Assembly: GCA_034780895.1 (NCBI GenBank)
Contig: JAUZTB010000079.1
Location: 16,146,085-16,210,084, forward strand
DNA length: 64,000 nt
Source of the DNA: Rhynchobatus australiae
Taxonomy: Eukaryota
Direction: 5' to 3'
Part shown: positions 49,301 through 62,189 of the stretch, piece by piece
How the letters are laid out: each line of letters starts with the position of its first letter
Numbering within the stretch: position 1 is the first letter of the stretch
Notes under the pieces: model-generated
Database searches by the model: none
The model's input: only the letters and a program-made list of their open reading frames with translations
What the model was told of the DNA's origin: nothing
Translations under genes and position numbers: made by a program

Positions 49301-49556
49301 CATCTGAGAAACTGACTGCCATATTGAGTTACAAACCAGACCTTGGACTGGATGACATAAAGGCTGAGACTGGCAAATTAGAAATTGCTACAGTGGACCC
49401 CCAGATCCACCCTACTCTCAGTGAAACACAGATAATAGTATCTGGATTGAATGATGATGAAAAGCCTACAGCAAGTGTTCCTGAAACTGGAAGAGAGAAC
49501 AGCCGTCCGGACAGTCAAAGCTCTCCTCCACCACCTCCACCAAAGAAATTTAATAA
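46354..49556 (+). CDS. PEAK1: PEAK1/SgK269 inactive tyrosine-protein kinase, giant first coding exon (1067 codons plus 2 nt)
   Basis: N-terminus MSACNTFTEHVWKPGECKNCFKPKSLH; RPPVAKKPTIAVKP; RGQPRFANFRANTLSPVRF; HKAVLALRLEEKDGKI; KSAPTSP; YNNAGMPPFPIIIHDEPTYA; VPIVINPNAYDNLAIYKSF; HTYEEI; PFPPPRSTSSPYHASNLL; KPKRWISFKSFFRRRK, all recognisable PEAK1 blocks. Donor AA|GTAAGT at 49557 (phase 2). Confidence 0.96.
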
Positions 49557-50019
49557 GTAAGTGTTATCTTTAACTAATTTATAATTTGCATTTGTCAGAG
49601 GTTAGAGTGAATACTTTTTTGCCGTCATCCTCCTTCCAAGTATGTGTATGCTTTTGAACCTATTTTAGAACTGCATTTATGTTTGCATGTATTTCAATTA
49701 CATTTCAGGGATAAATATATCTTTTGCAAAGACTTCCCTGCTAATTGCCACCTTCTAAATTTATTCTTAGGTTATTCTTCCTTAGTATGTGGACAATTCT
49801 AAAAATGAGGAAACATAGATCATTCACCTTTGGTCTTTGTTGAATTGACAAGTTCATTATACACCAGATTTCCTCAACTAGTTTCCATTGTTGTGGGAGG
49901 AAAGGAAAAGCCATCAAGCTAATGTACTGAGTTTCTTAAAGATGGTGTTTTCCTTTTTTTTGTGTGAAGGCTTTATAAGACTGACAATTTTTCTTTTCAG
50001 ACTATGTAATTCCTACATT

Positions 50020-50370
50020 GTGGGTAGAACAGTGGCACAGCTAGTAGAGTGTCTGCTTCATAGCTCCAGTTACCCATGTTTTATTATGACTTCCACTGGT
50101 CTTTGGAGTTCATACATTCTCTCTGTGACCCAGTGGGATTCCTCTGTGTGCTCAATTTTCCTCCCACATCTCAAAGATATATAGTTTGGTAGGTTAATTA
50201 GCCACTGTAAATTCACCCTACTGTGTTGGTATGTGGTAGAATCTGGGGAAGTTGATGGGAATGTGGGGAAAATTAAATGGGATTAGTGTGTGATTAGTGT
50301 AAATGGGTGCTTCATAGTTGGCGTGAACTTAGTGGATTGGAAGACCTGCTTCTATGCTCAGTGACTCTAC
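50020..50370 (+). mobile_element. HE1-type V-SINE with CR1-like tail
   Basis: Head cagtggcacagctagtagag; V-domain ggagttcatacattctctctgtgacccagtgggattcctc...ttcctcccacatctcaaaga; tail gaagacctgcttctatgctcagtgactcta. Confidence 0.85.
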
Positions 50371-51594
50371 ATTTTGAATTCAATATGCATTAACATTTTT
50401 TTATGAGTCACTATTGCAGTTTGGTTATTTGGAGTTTGTTCCAAGAAACATTTTAATACGCTACATTATTGAGCAATAGACTGATCCTAGTTTTTCCTTG
50501 TGCAGCTCCCTAATTTCTGTCATCCCAAGCTGAGTGACAGATAGACATTCTCTACAGGAAGAGGAGGCAGGGGGATTTACAGTATTAATGGTTCAATCAT
50601 AGCTCTAGGGTTTAATGAAATTTGTAATTTGCTTTATCAGTGCTGAATATTATCCAATACTATTCCTCTGCTTTCTTTGCCTGGACAGTAAAAGAAAGAA
50701 AGGGGGCAATTTCATTCTGAGAATGATGAAATTGATATGCAATCTTTAACTTCTCAATACCTGTATTTATATGAAATTGTCTGATAGTTTGAAATGTAGT
50801 AATCATTGCATTTCTAAGCTTATTTAATTATCCTCATCCCTATTGTCAGCATCAGAAAGATGTAATCACTTGCTGTGACATGTGCAAAACAAAAAGAAAT
50901 CATGATTCATGACAAGGTATAAATGGAGTTGAACTATTGCAAGAAAGCCTTTTTTATATGTGAAAAATTTTATACAAAGTATGATATTGAAAGTTCATAT
51001 TTTTCAGCAGGCCATATAAAATCATTATGTTTCAGTGTGAACTATTGATTTTTGTAGATTATAAGACTTTACGAGGCATGTCTGTATCTGCTGCTGGTAT
51101 AACAGAAGTTATATATGCAGATTATTTTGTATTGAATGGTATTCAGCAGGAATGGATGGAATTTTTACTGTCCAAACATGTTGGAACTTTCAGTTTTCAC
51201 GTGAAAGCAGCACTGGTAACCAAGAATATTTTTTACATTGCTAAAACCATCTACAGTTCCCCGTCACCTCCAGATTCTGCTATTTCCAATGTTCTCCTGG
51301 CAAGCCTCTCATTTTCCTTTCTCCCAGANNNNNNNNNNNNNNNNNNNNNNNNNNNNNNNNNNNNNNNNNNNNNNNNNNNNNNNNNNNNNNNNNNNNNNNN
51401 NNNNNNNNNNNNNNNNNNNNNNNNNNNNCTCCCAGAAAGTTGAACTGTTCATGAACTCAATTACACCAAGTAGCATGAACATATTATTCCTCTGCTACAA
51501 GCTCCTAGACAACCAATACCTCTGTTTTAAAATTTCATCTGCTTCAGATCATCTCTCTAACCTTTCTAATTCAAGCACCCTTGACTTCTTATAT

Positions 51595-52045
51595 AGAAAG
51601 TGGGCTATGCTGGCAAGGACATTTATTGCCCTTGAAAGGTGGTGGTGAGCCATCTTGAATTGCTGCGGTCCTCCTTGTGTAAATACTTCCACAGTGCTGT
51701 TGGGCAGAGGGTTCCAGGATTTGGACCCAATTACTTTGAAGGAATGTAGATATAATTCCAAGATGATATAATTCCATCCATTCTTGCTGTCCTTGTTCTC
51801 TCTAGTGGTAGAGTTTATGGGATTGGCTCTTGGAGTAGGCTTTGCAAGTAGCTGCAGGACATCTTGCAGATTGTGCATATTCTATCCACAGTGCACTAGT
51901 GGTGGAAGGTTTTAATGATTCCAGTGATAGGTTGCATCTGCAGCAGGCTGCGTTTTCTTCAAATGGGGTGAGTTATGCAGAATGCTCAACCTCTGAGCTC
52001 TTCTTGTAGTAGTGCAGCATTTATGCTGATTCAGGTGGGTTTTGG
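51595..52045 (-). mobile_element. LINE 3' end fragment (same family as 23385-23905 and 37310-37370)
   Basis: atgctggcaagg.catttattgccc...aaggtggtggtgagcc.tcttgaattgctgc; translation includes GSKSWNPLPN. Confidence 0.75.
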
Positions 52046-52793
52046 TCTGTGGAGGACTTATAGAAACACAGAAAACCTAGAGCACAATACAGGCCCTTCG
52101 GCCCACAAAGTTATGCCAAACATGCCCCTACCTTAGAAATTATTGTTTGTATTGATTGCTAAGGACTTATTGATTGCTAAGGTTCATGGAGAGATTTAGG
52201 GAGTAATGTCTGGTTTTAAAAATAAAATTATTCTGTTAGTAAATTGAACAAATCATTTTATTAATGATCTATTCTTTAAGCCGCATTGTCATAACATGGA
52301 GTTGTAAACTTCCATGCATAATTCTAACGAATATACTGCGAAGGGAAAAAATGGTTAGGTTGGTACCAAATGTAAAATTTAGCCATGTTTTTAACTTCTG
52401 ACTTCTGTGCAATGGTACCTTGATGAAGAGTTTACTCTCAATTGGCCTGCATACAACTTCTAGCTTATATGCAATGGAATATCTTTATTATCTGTGCGTC
52501 TCATCAACATTTGTCTCCTGGACTTGTTCTTTAAAATCATAGATTAGAGGCTGTTTGCATGGGATCACTGCGGGCAGGGAACTTGTAATTCCTGTTAATA
52601 ATGTTGAGAGACCTGAACCTTAGTGTAATTAATATCTATTCATTAAGAATACCAGGTGGGCCAACTAAATCTTGAGAACCTGTTGTGAACTTTTATCACT
52701 TAAATCAGTATAGCAGTATCCCTGGTTTGAATTTAGTAACACTATCTGTGCAATGGAGCAATTAAAGATTAAGTAATACTGAAGGTCTAACCT

Positions 52794-52838
52794 TCTCTCG
52801 CTCTCTCTCTCGCTCTCGCTCTCTGTCGCTCTCTCTCT
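52794..52838. repeat. (CT)n/(CTCTCG)n microsatellite
   Basis: tctctcgctctctctctcgctctcgctctctgtcgctctctctct. Confidence 0.9.
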
Positions 52839-53964
52839 GTGCCAACAGTGGGACAGGAAGGTGGGTGGGGGTCTCAGCAGAGTGGGAATCGTGGTGATCT
52901 ACCTGTGGAGCTTTAGGGAAAGGGCAGGCTACAGGTGATAGGGCTGTGCATCCCCCAAATCCAGATGTGAAAGGGAGCCTAGCACTTATCGCCACCCTCC
53001 TCCCCCTCCCACCCCCTCCCACCCCCACCATCAGTACTAGGTGCTCCTCTGGCCACTGCTAGGTCTTTGCTGATNNNNNNNNNNNNNNNNNNNNNNNNNN
53101 NNNNNNNNNNNNNNNNNNNNNNNNNNNNNNNNNNNNNNNNNNNNNNNNNNNNNNNNNNNNNNNNNNNNNNNNNNNNNNNNNNNNNNNNNNNNNNNNNNNN
53201 NNNNNNNNNNNNNNNNNNNNNNNNNNNTGCTGATGTGATGACTGGTGCTAAGGGAGGGCAGCAGCTGATTGGCAGCTGGGTTCACAAGGTAATAAAGTTT
53301 TCAAAGAGTAAATGGTTCAAGCTTTTCCCCAACACCCCCCCATCCCAGAAATGAATTTATCTACTGACATTTTCAAATTACCCATATTAATAGAAAATCA
53401 GCATTATTTCCACAGTGTTTGTCTGTCTGTGACTCACCCACAGTTCTTTGAAGGTTATCCCACAACTTAGTTAAGGCCATAGTAATATCAAAGTTGTGAT
53501 ATCCCAGGTATTCCACTTGCTTACTTTCAAGGTTGAGGGGACCTACACAGATGCTCTTGGAAGTTGCATGCATGGAGGAAGTTAGGAAAAGTTTAAGTAC
53601 TGCTTGCATATGATCTCTTGGAGGCTGTAGTTTGTCCTTGCAGAGTATCATAGCATCTGTGAATCATCTGGTTCAATTAGTCCTTGTTTCATCCCATTCT
53701 TCTCCGTTTAACCCCATTAACATATATGTCGATTTCTTTTTCCCTTAAGTGCTGAATCAGCTTCCCCATGAATTCAATAATGCTAGTTACCACAGCAACT
53801 CCTTATGAGTAATGAATTCCACATTTTAACCATCCTCAAGGTAAATAAATTCCTCCTGAATTTCCTGCTGGATTTATAAGAAGCCATCTTATACGTGAGT
53901 ACCCAAGTTCTGGTCCTGCTTGCAAGTTGAAACATCCTTTTTATATCCACTCTGATTATTGGGT

Positions 53965-54283
53965 CACATCAAGATACAGGAGCTTGAAAGCCCAGACAGT
54001 CAGACTCAAGAACGGCTCACTCCCCACAGCTATCAGATTTCTCAACCTATTACCTCTTCCACACCCCTTCCCAGTGGTGTTGCCACGTTCTGGAACCCTG
54101 AATTCTACCTCTTCCATTATTGTCAATTTAGCATTTCATTTGTCACTACTTCAGTTTGCTTTCGTCAATGTATTTAGTGCTGTATTTATTATTGCCATAT
54201 ATCCTGTTTACTCTCTGAGTGTCACGCGAGCAAGGAATTTCATTGCACTGTGGTGAATACGACAATAGCTGGATTTGAATCTA
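53965..54283 (+). mobile_element. Rex1 ORF C-terminus and 3' UTR fragment
   Basis: RYRSLKAQTVRLKNGSLPTAIRFLN fits the Rex1 C-terminal pattern RYRS..A.T.RL.NSF.P.AIR.LN; tail ttcattgcactgtgg...gacaata. Confidence 0.8.
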
Positions 54284-55207
54284 GAATGAGAAGACCTAGG
54301 CTGTTTAATTTTAATGAAAAGTTATAACTGCTGTTCTGATATCAATCCGATTGATACCAGTGCATCTGTATCCTTTATGTAATGTGCTTCCTCTTTCTTT
54401 TATCAAAATGCATCCTCTCAAACCGAATTATGTATAATGGTTTATTTAGTCAGCCATTTTGCAATTTTAATAATGTCCTGCTGCATTTTGTCACCATGCT
54501 ACTTAGCATTTGGTATCATCTGTAAATTTTGAAAATATATTGATTTCAAATCAAAATTCTTTATGTACATAGTGAATAACTTTGGTCGTAGGACCTATCC
54601 TTACAGAACATACATTTCCATCTTTTGTAAACCTGAGTTTCCATGTTTAACCCTACTCTTTTTTTTCAGTTTTGTACTTCACTTGCTATCCACTCTGATA
54701 CTTGACCCCTGACCTTGCATGTTATTTGATTTTAATCATGAATCTACAATGTTGTANNNNNNNNNNNNNNNNNNNNNNNNNNNNNNNNNNNNNNNNNNNN
54801 NNNNNNNNNNNNNNNNNNNNNNNNNNNNNNNNNNNNNNNNNNNNNNNNNNNNNNNNGTGGTAACGTTAGATGAAAGGGCTACCCAGTGACTTGTGTAAAC
54901 TTGGATATAGTATATACTCTGTAATCTTGAACAAATTTGAGTGAGTTGTTCTGGGGCGGGACTCCAGCGGCCTGGGAGAAGTTACAAAAAAAGTAAAAGT
55001 AAATGTTTTTAAAATTACTAGGAATGTATCTGAGAAGAATGCTTTTGAAATAAAGTGCCACTTCTGTTTTGCTTCTAATGTGTTGAAATGTGTAGTAGAA
55101 AATGTGAAATCATGTTATATGTGAAATGGTATTAGCCTACAAGAAACAATGCCTTCATAAATTTATCTAACATTTATATAGACTGCCAAATGATGTGTGA
55201 AAAGGGG

Positions 55208-55628
55208 ATCATGGCTCAGCAGGTTGACTATTACCACATGAGTCAGAAGATATGGGGTTTAAGTTTCATTTCAGAGACTAAACACAAAAAACCTAAGCTG
55301 CTACTAGTGCCTACCTGAGGAGTGTAATGCTGAGATCCTTTGTTTAAGATGTTAAAGTGTAATTCCAATGGCTGTCTCAGCTGGATGCAAAAACTCCCAC
55401 GACACTTTGTGTGAAGAGCAGAGGAGTTGCCTTTGGTGTCCAAGCCAATATTCATCACTCACTCAACGTCACTAAAACCGATTGGTCATTCACATGTTTT
55501 GTTTATGGAATTTTGCTGTAATCTGTTATCTTCCACATATTTTGCTAAAATATGTTAGAATGACTACACTTTAAAAGTACTTCTGTGGCGTTAAGGTGCT
55601 TTAGAACACCTTGGAACACGAAAGGCAC
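55208..55628 (+). mobile_element. DeuSINE (SacSINE1-like)
   Basis: tRNA-like head tggctcagcagg...tgagtcagaag; Deu-domain tggatgcaaaaactcccacgacact...gaagagcagaggagtt...ggtgtccaagccaatatt; 3' tgactacactttaaaagtactt. Confidence 0.8.
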
Positions 55629-55925
55629 AGGGGTTCAGATAGGAGAGCTGAGGCCCCACAGCTCTGATGACCATGACCTATGGTGCTGTTTGTGTGGAGT
55701 TCGCACACAGATGATTGTCTCGTTTAAACCTCCCCCACCCCCCCCCAACCGTACCCCCCACATGCAAATTTATAGATTAATTGGCCACTGCAAATTGCTC
55801 CCAATGTGTAGGTGAGTGATAAAATCTGGGGAAAATGTGGGGATAATAGGTTACAGGGAAATTAGTAGGGTAATGGGATTGGTTTGTGAGCCAGCATAGA
55901 CCTGAAGGAATGAAAGGCCTTTTAT
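55629..55925 (+). mobile_element. V-SINE (HE1-like)
   Basis: tggtgctgtttgtgtggagttcgcac...ttaattggccactgcaaattgctccc...aatctggggaaaatgtgggg. Confidence 0.7.
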
Positions 55926-57549
55926 ATCAAAAATAAATGTGGTAATATACACAACCCATTTTTTTTAATAGGATATTGTTGCCCCACTGCTCCATCCCTT
56001 CCATCAATTGAACTGTATAGACTGCCAGGAATTTGGAGTTGCCACTGTTCTAGGCAGGGATTATATTGTTGGAAGGAATGACTCAAAAGTGTACTGTATT
56101 TTTTGAAAGCGAAACTACCTATGAAGTGTTTTGAGATATTTTAGTTTGTTAAAGATGCTTCATAAATCTGTTGTTGGTCATGAATTTCTCCAGACCCCAG
56201 AAATAATTGAGTACACCTTTTTCCCCCTCCAATAACAGCAAAGCTTCCCAGCTCCTCAGATGCAGATTAACTTAGCTATGGGCCACCTAATGTTGGACCA
56301 AATTGAATATGAGAATGTTCACTGGAATATCTCTTTGGTGTCGGTGGCCTGTTGGTTCTATTTAAATAAGGCCCAGGGCTGAAATTGATCCAAATCTTTT
56401 TCTCCAGTCACAGCTGATCAATGGTTTATGAATTGTACAATCCATGATGATTACATTCTGTAACTTTTGTGTATCCAGTATGTCNNNNNNNNNNNNNNNN
56501 NNNNNNNNNNNNNNNNNNNNNNNNNNNNNNNNNNNNNNNNNNNNNNNNNNNNNNNNNNNNNNNNNNNNNNNNNNNNNNNNNNNNCCAGTATGTCTTGCAT
56601 GAATCAATATTAAGTACACATTACTGAATGGTTTTAACTGCAGACATGGGGGAATTTAAAAACGTGTAGAATGAGGCTAACCAAGGATTTGGTAACATAG
56701 TTTTATATTTTTGGTCACTTGATTTGACAGCAAGTGCATGGCTAGCACATTTTAAGTGTCTCAGTGGAATAATAGTCAGATTTTATATCACAGTTATAAA
56801 CTTTACAGTTTTAAAACCACCTGAAATGTCATGCATGCATATATGACTTATTTTTTTTGTCTGTGTGACTTCCTATTGTTGATTTATGACCAACATCAGT
56901 ATGAACCGAATCTCACCATCCATATGAAAGAAGTAGTGACTAGTATGTTAATCATCAACTTAATTGATATTCAGCATGACTTATTAGCCATCAAGATGCA
57001 GTAAAAGTGAACTAATCCTTATATCACGTATGCATTGCATGTACTGGGAAGTTGCATAGGTTTGCACATTTTGACAGTAATGGTAAACTGTAAACTTTAT
57101 CAATTTTGTTAATGGATAATTACAACAAGTTGTTTATTAGTTAAATGTGCAATATAAGCCATAGCTCTCAACTCTCCATTTTTTAGTTTGGATATTATAA
57201 TTATTGAAAAAGGGAGGCAGCAAAATGGAAGATGNNNNNNNNNNNNNNNNNNNNNNNNNNNNNNNNNNNNNNNNNNNNNNNNNNNNNNNNNNNNNNNNNN
57301 NNNNNNNNNNNNNNNNNNNNNNNNNNNNNNNNNNGTCAACATTGAGTGATCCAACAGGTTGAGAAAATTGCATTCTCTACCTCAATTGCAGCTTTCAGTA
57401 CAAACTGAGAAATCACAACTTCCTGTGTTCATAATATGTATAAATATTACATATAACTGAAAACTTGTCAGCATTGAATCATTTGGGAGCATCCTGGCTC
57501 TTTAGATTGTGTGTTGAAGCTTTACTTCAGACAGAGTTTCATCTGGGCT

Positions 57550-57770
57550 GGCACTGCTTGGATGCTGTTTTTCAGATGAGAAATAAGGTCTGGAATGTTC
57601 TGCCCATGTCCTGGCCAAGATTTATCCTTTAATCAGCAAAACTAAAAGAAATTATGTGGCTATTCGTTGTTTGTGGGGCCTTGTTATGCACCATAATTCC
57701 TAAATTTAAAGCAGTGGTTACTTTCCAGTAGTACTTTGCTCATTATAAAAGACTATGTAAATGTAAGTTT
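57550..57770 (+). mobile_element. Partial DeuSINE
   Basis: gatgctgtttttcagatgaga...tgtcctggccaagatttatcc...tgtttgtggggccttgttatgc. Confidence 0.6.
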
Positions 57771-60507
57771 CTAGACAATTTTGTGGTTGTAATATTAAGG
57801 GAAAATATGTAAAATGGACAGCAACTGTGGGACCACCCTATATGCAAGGTTTAATGCAGAAATTATAATTAGCTATCATTGATTGATGACCATTTGACCC
57901 AGCAAGTCTGCTCTGCTATTCAATCATCACTGATGTTCTTTTTAAACCCCATTCTCCTGCCTTCTGCCTGTAACCATTAGCCCCCCTTATCAATGAAGAA
58001 TCCTCTGGAGTCCTCCATGGCTATGTGGTTTCACAGCCTTCTCCATTGTCTCTGAAAGTCAGTGAAATAGCAAATATTTCTGTTACTTGTGATCTATTTT
58101 TATTGTAAATACTGGGATATGCTTTGGTGCATAAGATTAGAGTTTTTAATAGTAATCCGAACCCCAATCAGCAAACTCTTTGACTCTGTTAAACCAGAAG
58201 TAATGTACAAATGTCAATTATAATGTCCTTGGGTATTCCAGAATATAACAGATATTAAAATATTTTTTAAAGCAATTTATTTCCTAGTTTGTTGATTTTG
58301 AGAAATGTGTTTTGGGCACTCAGCTAGCTTGTTGACATCACTGAACTGTCTTCAAGTGATATAAAAAAAATGTAGGTCCCTGCAAAAGATTGCTCAAAAT
58401 AAGAACTTTCTTCAGGACAAACACAGAACACTGATGCTATTATGGTATTTTATCTTCTNNNNNNNNNNNNNNNNNNNNNNNNNNNNNNNNNNNNNNNNNN
58501 NNNNNNNNNNNNNNNNNNNNNNNNNNNNNNNNNNNNNNNNNNNNNNNNNNNNNNNNNNGTTTTTGTTAGATGTGGGTATCATAGGATAGAGATCAAAGCT
58601 GGCTACATGTAGTTGAGGTACAAATTACAGTGGAAGAGATGTGTGGCATTGAATCACCTTCTCCTGTCGTTGTATTCCCATGTCAATCCAGAGGACCCAA
58701 ATGTCACTTTGTGTTGTGTTGATATTTCACAGAAGAATGAAAAGGAACTGACATAGTTTTTGTTTTTAGACTTTGAGTGAATATTAAATCAGAAGAACGG
58801 CTCCTACAGGTAGCAACATTTCTGTTAGGTACGAGTATCAAAGTATTGAGATGAAAGCTGGCTAAATGAAGTCAATGTACAGTTTTTACCATGGAAGAGA
58901 TGTGTGGGGTTGAATGACCTACCCCCCCCTCCTTATATTGTGAGCTACGGCCCAAGTAAGGGATGCAAGGAATTCAGTTTACAATTCATGTTGAGATAAG
59001 ACACATTCCAGACAGTAGCTTTTTGACTGGCTGGATAATACTGGTAATTTCTGTTTCATGGCTTCCCTGGACATTTTGTTCTGTGAAATGCAACTCAAGA
59101 AACAGAAAGAACATGTCATCTCTGCATAGCGAGACTTCACAGGACTTCCAGTGCAAAACATCTCCACATGTGTTTTTACTGGTTCTGGACCATGGAAAAT
59201 TTAGCTCCTCTTTCCTGACCCCTATCCCATGACTAAAGCAGATTGTGGTGGGCTGTGGATAAGAGACATGGGGAGATAAGTATGCAGCTTATAAAAAATA
59301 ATGCTGTCATGTTTTTGAAATTCTTTTTAATGTTAATTGGAAAAATTGAAAATTATTTTCAGTATTCAGATTCCAGAAATTACAACTGAATTTGGAATAA
59401 TATTTTCATAACATGCTTTGAATTTTAAAAGCTGGATTGATGGTTTTAAAGGTTTTCTAGTTGGACAATAATTTAAACCTTTGCTTTGTTCTCTAACTGT
59501 ATAGAATCTGAGTCAATGAAATTGAGTGCAGCCACTCAAAGTGTTAACAAATCTGACTCAGTTGGTGACCTCTCACTCTATAGGTAGAGAATTCTGGCAG
59601 ATTTTCAGCACTGAGCCTGAGTTAGGACGGTCTAGCTGATGATATCACTGTATGTAGAGCTAGCAACTTCTGAAGTTGATCACCTACTTTCAAAACATGT
59701 TTATGAAATTGAGAAGCAAATTCAAAACATTTGTTTCAATGGGGAGTTGTGTGAGTAATCTGAGCAGGTAAGTTAACAGTCAAATCTTTTCATATCTGTT
59801 TTAAAGTAGGGTGAGTTATGTGGTAGAAAATATAAATTGTGTCTCAAGCAATTGTGATTTTGACTTGAAACTTTTAAGTTGTTTCTCAATTTGTACTGAA
59901 ACATGTTTAAGTAGATTGCTCAATGAGTGGCTGGAGTAAAAAGGAATATGCTTTGGAGGTGACTTTAAAAAATACTATTCTCAGTGCTCAAAAGATGGTT
60001 GAAAACTTAAGTTTAAAATGAAGTTTTCATTTTACATTTTGACAAATGCAATCTAAACACAAACAGCTTTTCCTTGTTATCAATTATGACACACCTTAGT
60101 TAACTATAAACCTTGTTTGCAGAATGCTGTACTGTAGAAATTGAAATGAATTATGAACTTCACATTCTTTCTGTCTCCCCAGAACTCTTTAAGGGTAAAT
60201 ACACAAGATTTAGAGAAACCTGTTTTACCAGATCTTATCTTGGAACAAGATTAATTGAAGACTGTGTAAAATGAAGCTAAAATTGCCCAGGGATTTGTAA
60301 ACTCACAAGTTCTTGCATGTCCTAAATAAGTTTCAGCTGACACTCAACTACTCCCAAACTGCACAGTTTTCAAGTATTTTGAGTTAGAGCAAGAAATAGT
60401 TTTAGATTCACACATTAAATAAAAGTGACCCAGTTTTATTAGACAACAGTTATTCATGAATGTTTGATGAAAGATGAACACTGAATGTAAACTTCTTTTC
60501 GTTAAAG

Positions 60508-60701
60508 CAACCTTCCGGGTGAGGTGACCATTGAGGACATGTCACCACAGGAATCAGAAGTTCAAAGATCGGCATCAGCGAGCCAGGAACCATCTGGCAC
60601 AATGACTCTGGTGTTGGCCAGCACGGGATCTCAGGATGAAAAAGACACGGGCAGTGAGTCAGCTGATGAAAGCATCAGCAGCGCTACCTACAGCAATTTG
60701 G
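60508..60701 (+). CDS. PEAK1: PEAK1 second coding exon (194 bp)
   Basis: Acceptor ttcttttcgttaaag|C completes the phase-2 codon AA+C (Asn). The frame is open: NLPGEVTIEDMSP...ESISSATYSNL. Donor G|GTAAGA at 60702 (phase 1). TYSNLG is a conserved PEAK-family motif. Confidence 0.9.
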
Positions 60702-62189
60702 GTAAGACGCTACAGTAGTTTAGGAGAATGGGTGTGGGAGGCGGAAATGGATTTGATTTCTCCTTTCTCTTTGCTCTGGGCTTCTAGTAACTTTCAAAGC
60801 TATTAAATTTATCAGTCAAGTCTTGGAGTGTTAGCTGTATATGTGTAAGGCAAATGTTTAATTAATGTGAGTGTCCCTGCTGATTGCCAATATGCTCTGA
60901 AGGTTACAGAGTGAGGAATGCGGCTGTAATGTGGGCAATCCTGTTTAGGTAGAGCGAGCAGGAAGAGATTAGATTAAAGCTTAAAACGCCCTATCAAATG
61001 CTATACGGTGTTAAAGAGGGTCAAAATGACGGTAGCTTTCATAGTCCCCTTGTTCGACAACCTCTCTGTTCATTAAAGGTAGGACAGCAACATTTTAATT
61101 CTGTTAATATGCTTCTTTAAAAAATGCTGTTGAATGCTATAATCTAATTTAAAACGACGGGGCGAGGGCGAGGAAAGAAAGGCTGTGGGTGATATGGCAG
61201 GAATGTGCAGTTTTAACACATTAACTGCTAAGGTAGGCGTACTTCTATTGTTTCACATTTGATATTCATTTGTTGTGTACCAGTTTTTTGGAACTGTACT
61301 AAATAATCAAGGTCTTGCTTTCAGCCTGTGGAGATCCCTTTTATTTTAAGAAAAGAGTTTACACTAATCTGCTTCTTAACCAAAAACAAACGAGTTCAGA
61401 CATAGCACATGCTTGCTTTCATTCTTCTCTCCATGTGTATCATGAAAAGCTAACATTTACAAAAAACATTAATGCTGTTCCTTTTTAATGTACTGATTTT
61501 GCAAGGTTAACATTTATCTTTTCTTCAAGCTGCACAATACCAGAATGTTCAGCTCATTAGCAAATTTGATATCTTACCCTAATATGTGAGATCTTGAGAA
61601 ATTTGCAATTCTTGGTCTCCTGTGACTAATGCATATTTAAGTGTAAAAAGTTTTGTTTTTTTTGCTCTGATCAAGTAAGTATCTGATAGCAACTGAAATA
61701 CTCAAGTCTTGAACCCCAAATGTGGTAGGGGGAAAAATTCACAAGCAGAATTTTTATTTATCTGGTGGAGTACATAGTATTTCTTTTGGGAACAGTGTTT
61801 AAGTGCACATAGGCAAAAGGCAGGCTAAAACGAAGAACTTAGCACGTTGCATCTGTACAGAGCATGGGTAATCCTGCTGCACAAGCTAAGATGATCCTAT
61901 TTATTACATTTATGGTTATCTGTAACCAATTGTCAACAGTGGACCTGCGGTCCCCAAACCTCACTCAGGTATCCCAACCATCTGCCTGCCACAGAAGATT
62001 GAATTTGTTCCAATCTTGCATTGCATGTAATTTTGGTGACAACTCAATACAATCTTTTTTTTTGCTTCATTTCTTCTTAAAGAGGCTAATTGTGAGCAAA
62101 AATCAACGAACTTTGAACATCCAAAGGAGATAAAGAAATTGCTTTGGAAGTGTTAGACTTTACCTTTGTTTCATAATTGGGATCATTCA

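Noticed and set aside
46257-49322. Antisense and alternative-frame ORFs overlapping the PEAK1 exon (159, 162, 105 aa and others)
   Set aside because: These are expected shadows of a long coding exon and show no recognisable motifs.
49557-49560. Stop codon ending the 1068-aa ORF, suggesting a complete single-exon or truncated gene
   Set aside because: The TAA lies inside the GTAAGT splice donor. The frame continues in phase into exon 60508-60701.
50020-50100. tRNA-like A/B box sequences (also near 6700, 40775 and 55210)
   Set aside because: They are degenerate SINE heads joined to V or Deu domains and do not form a cloverleaf.
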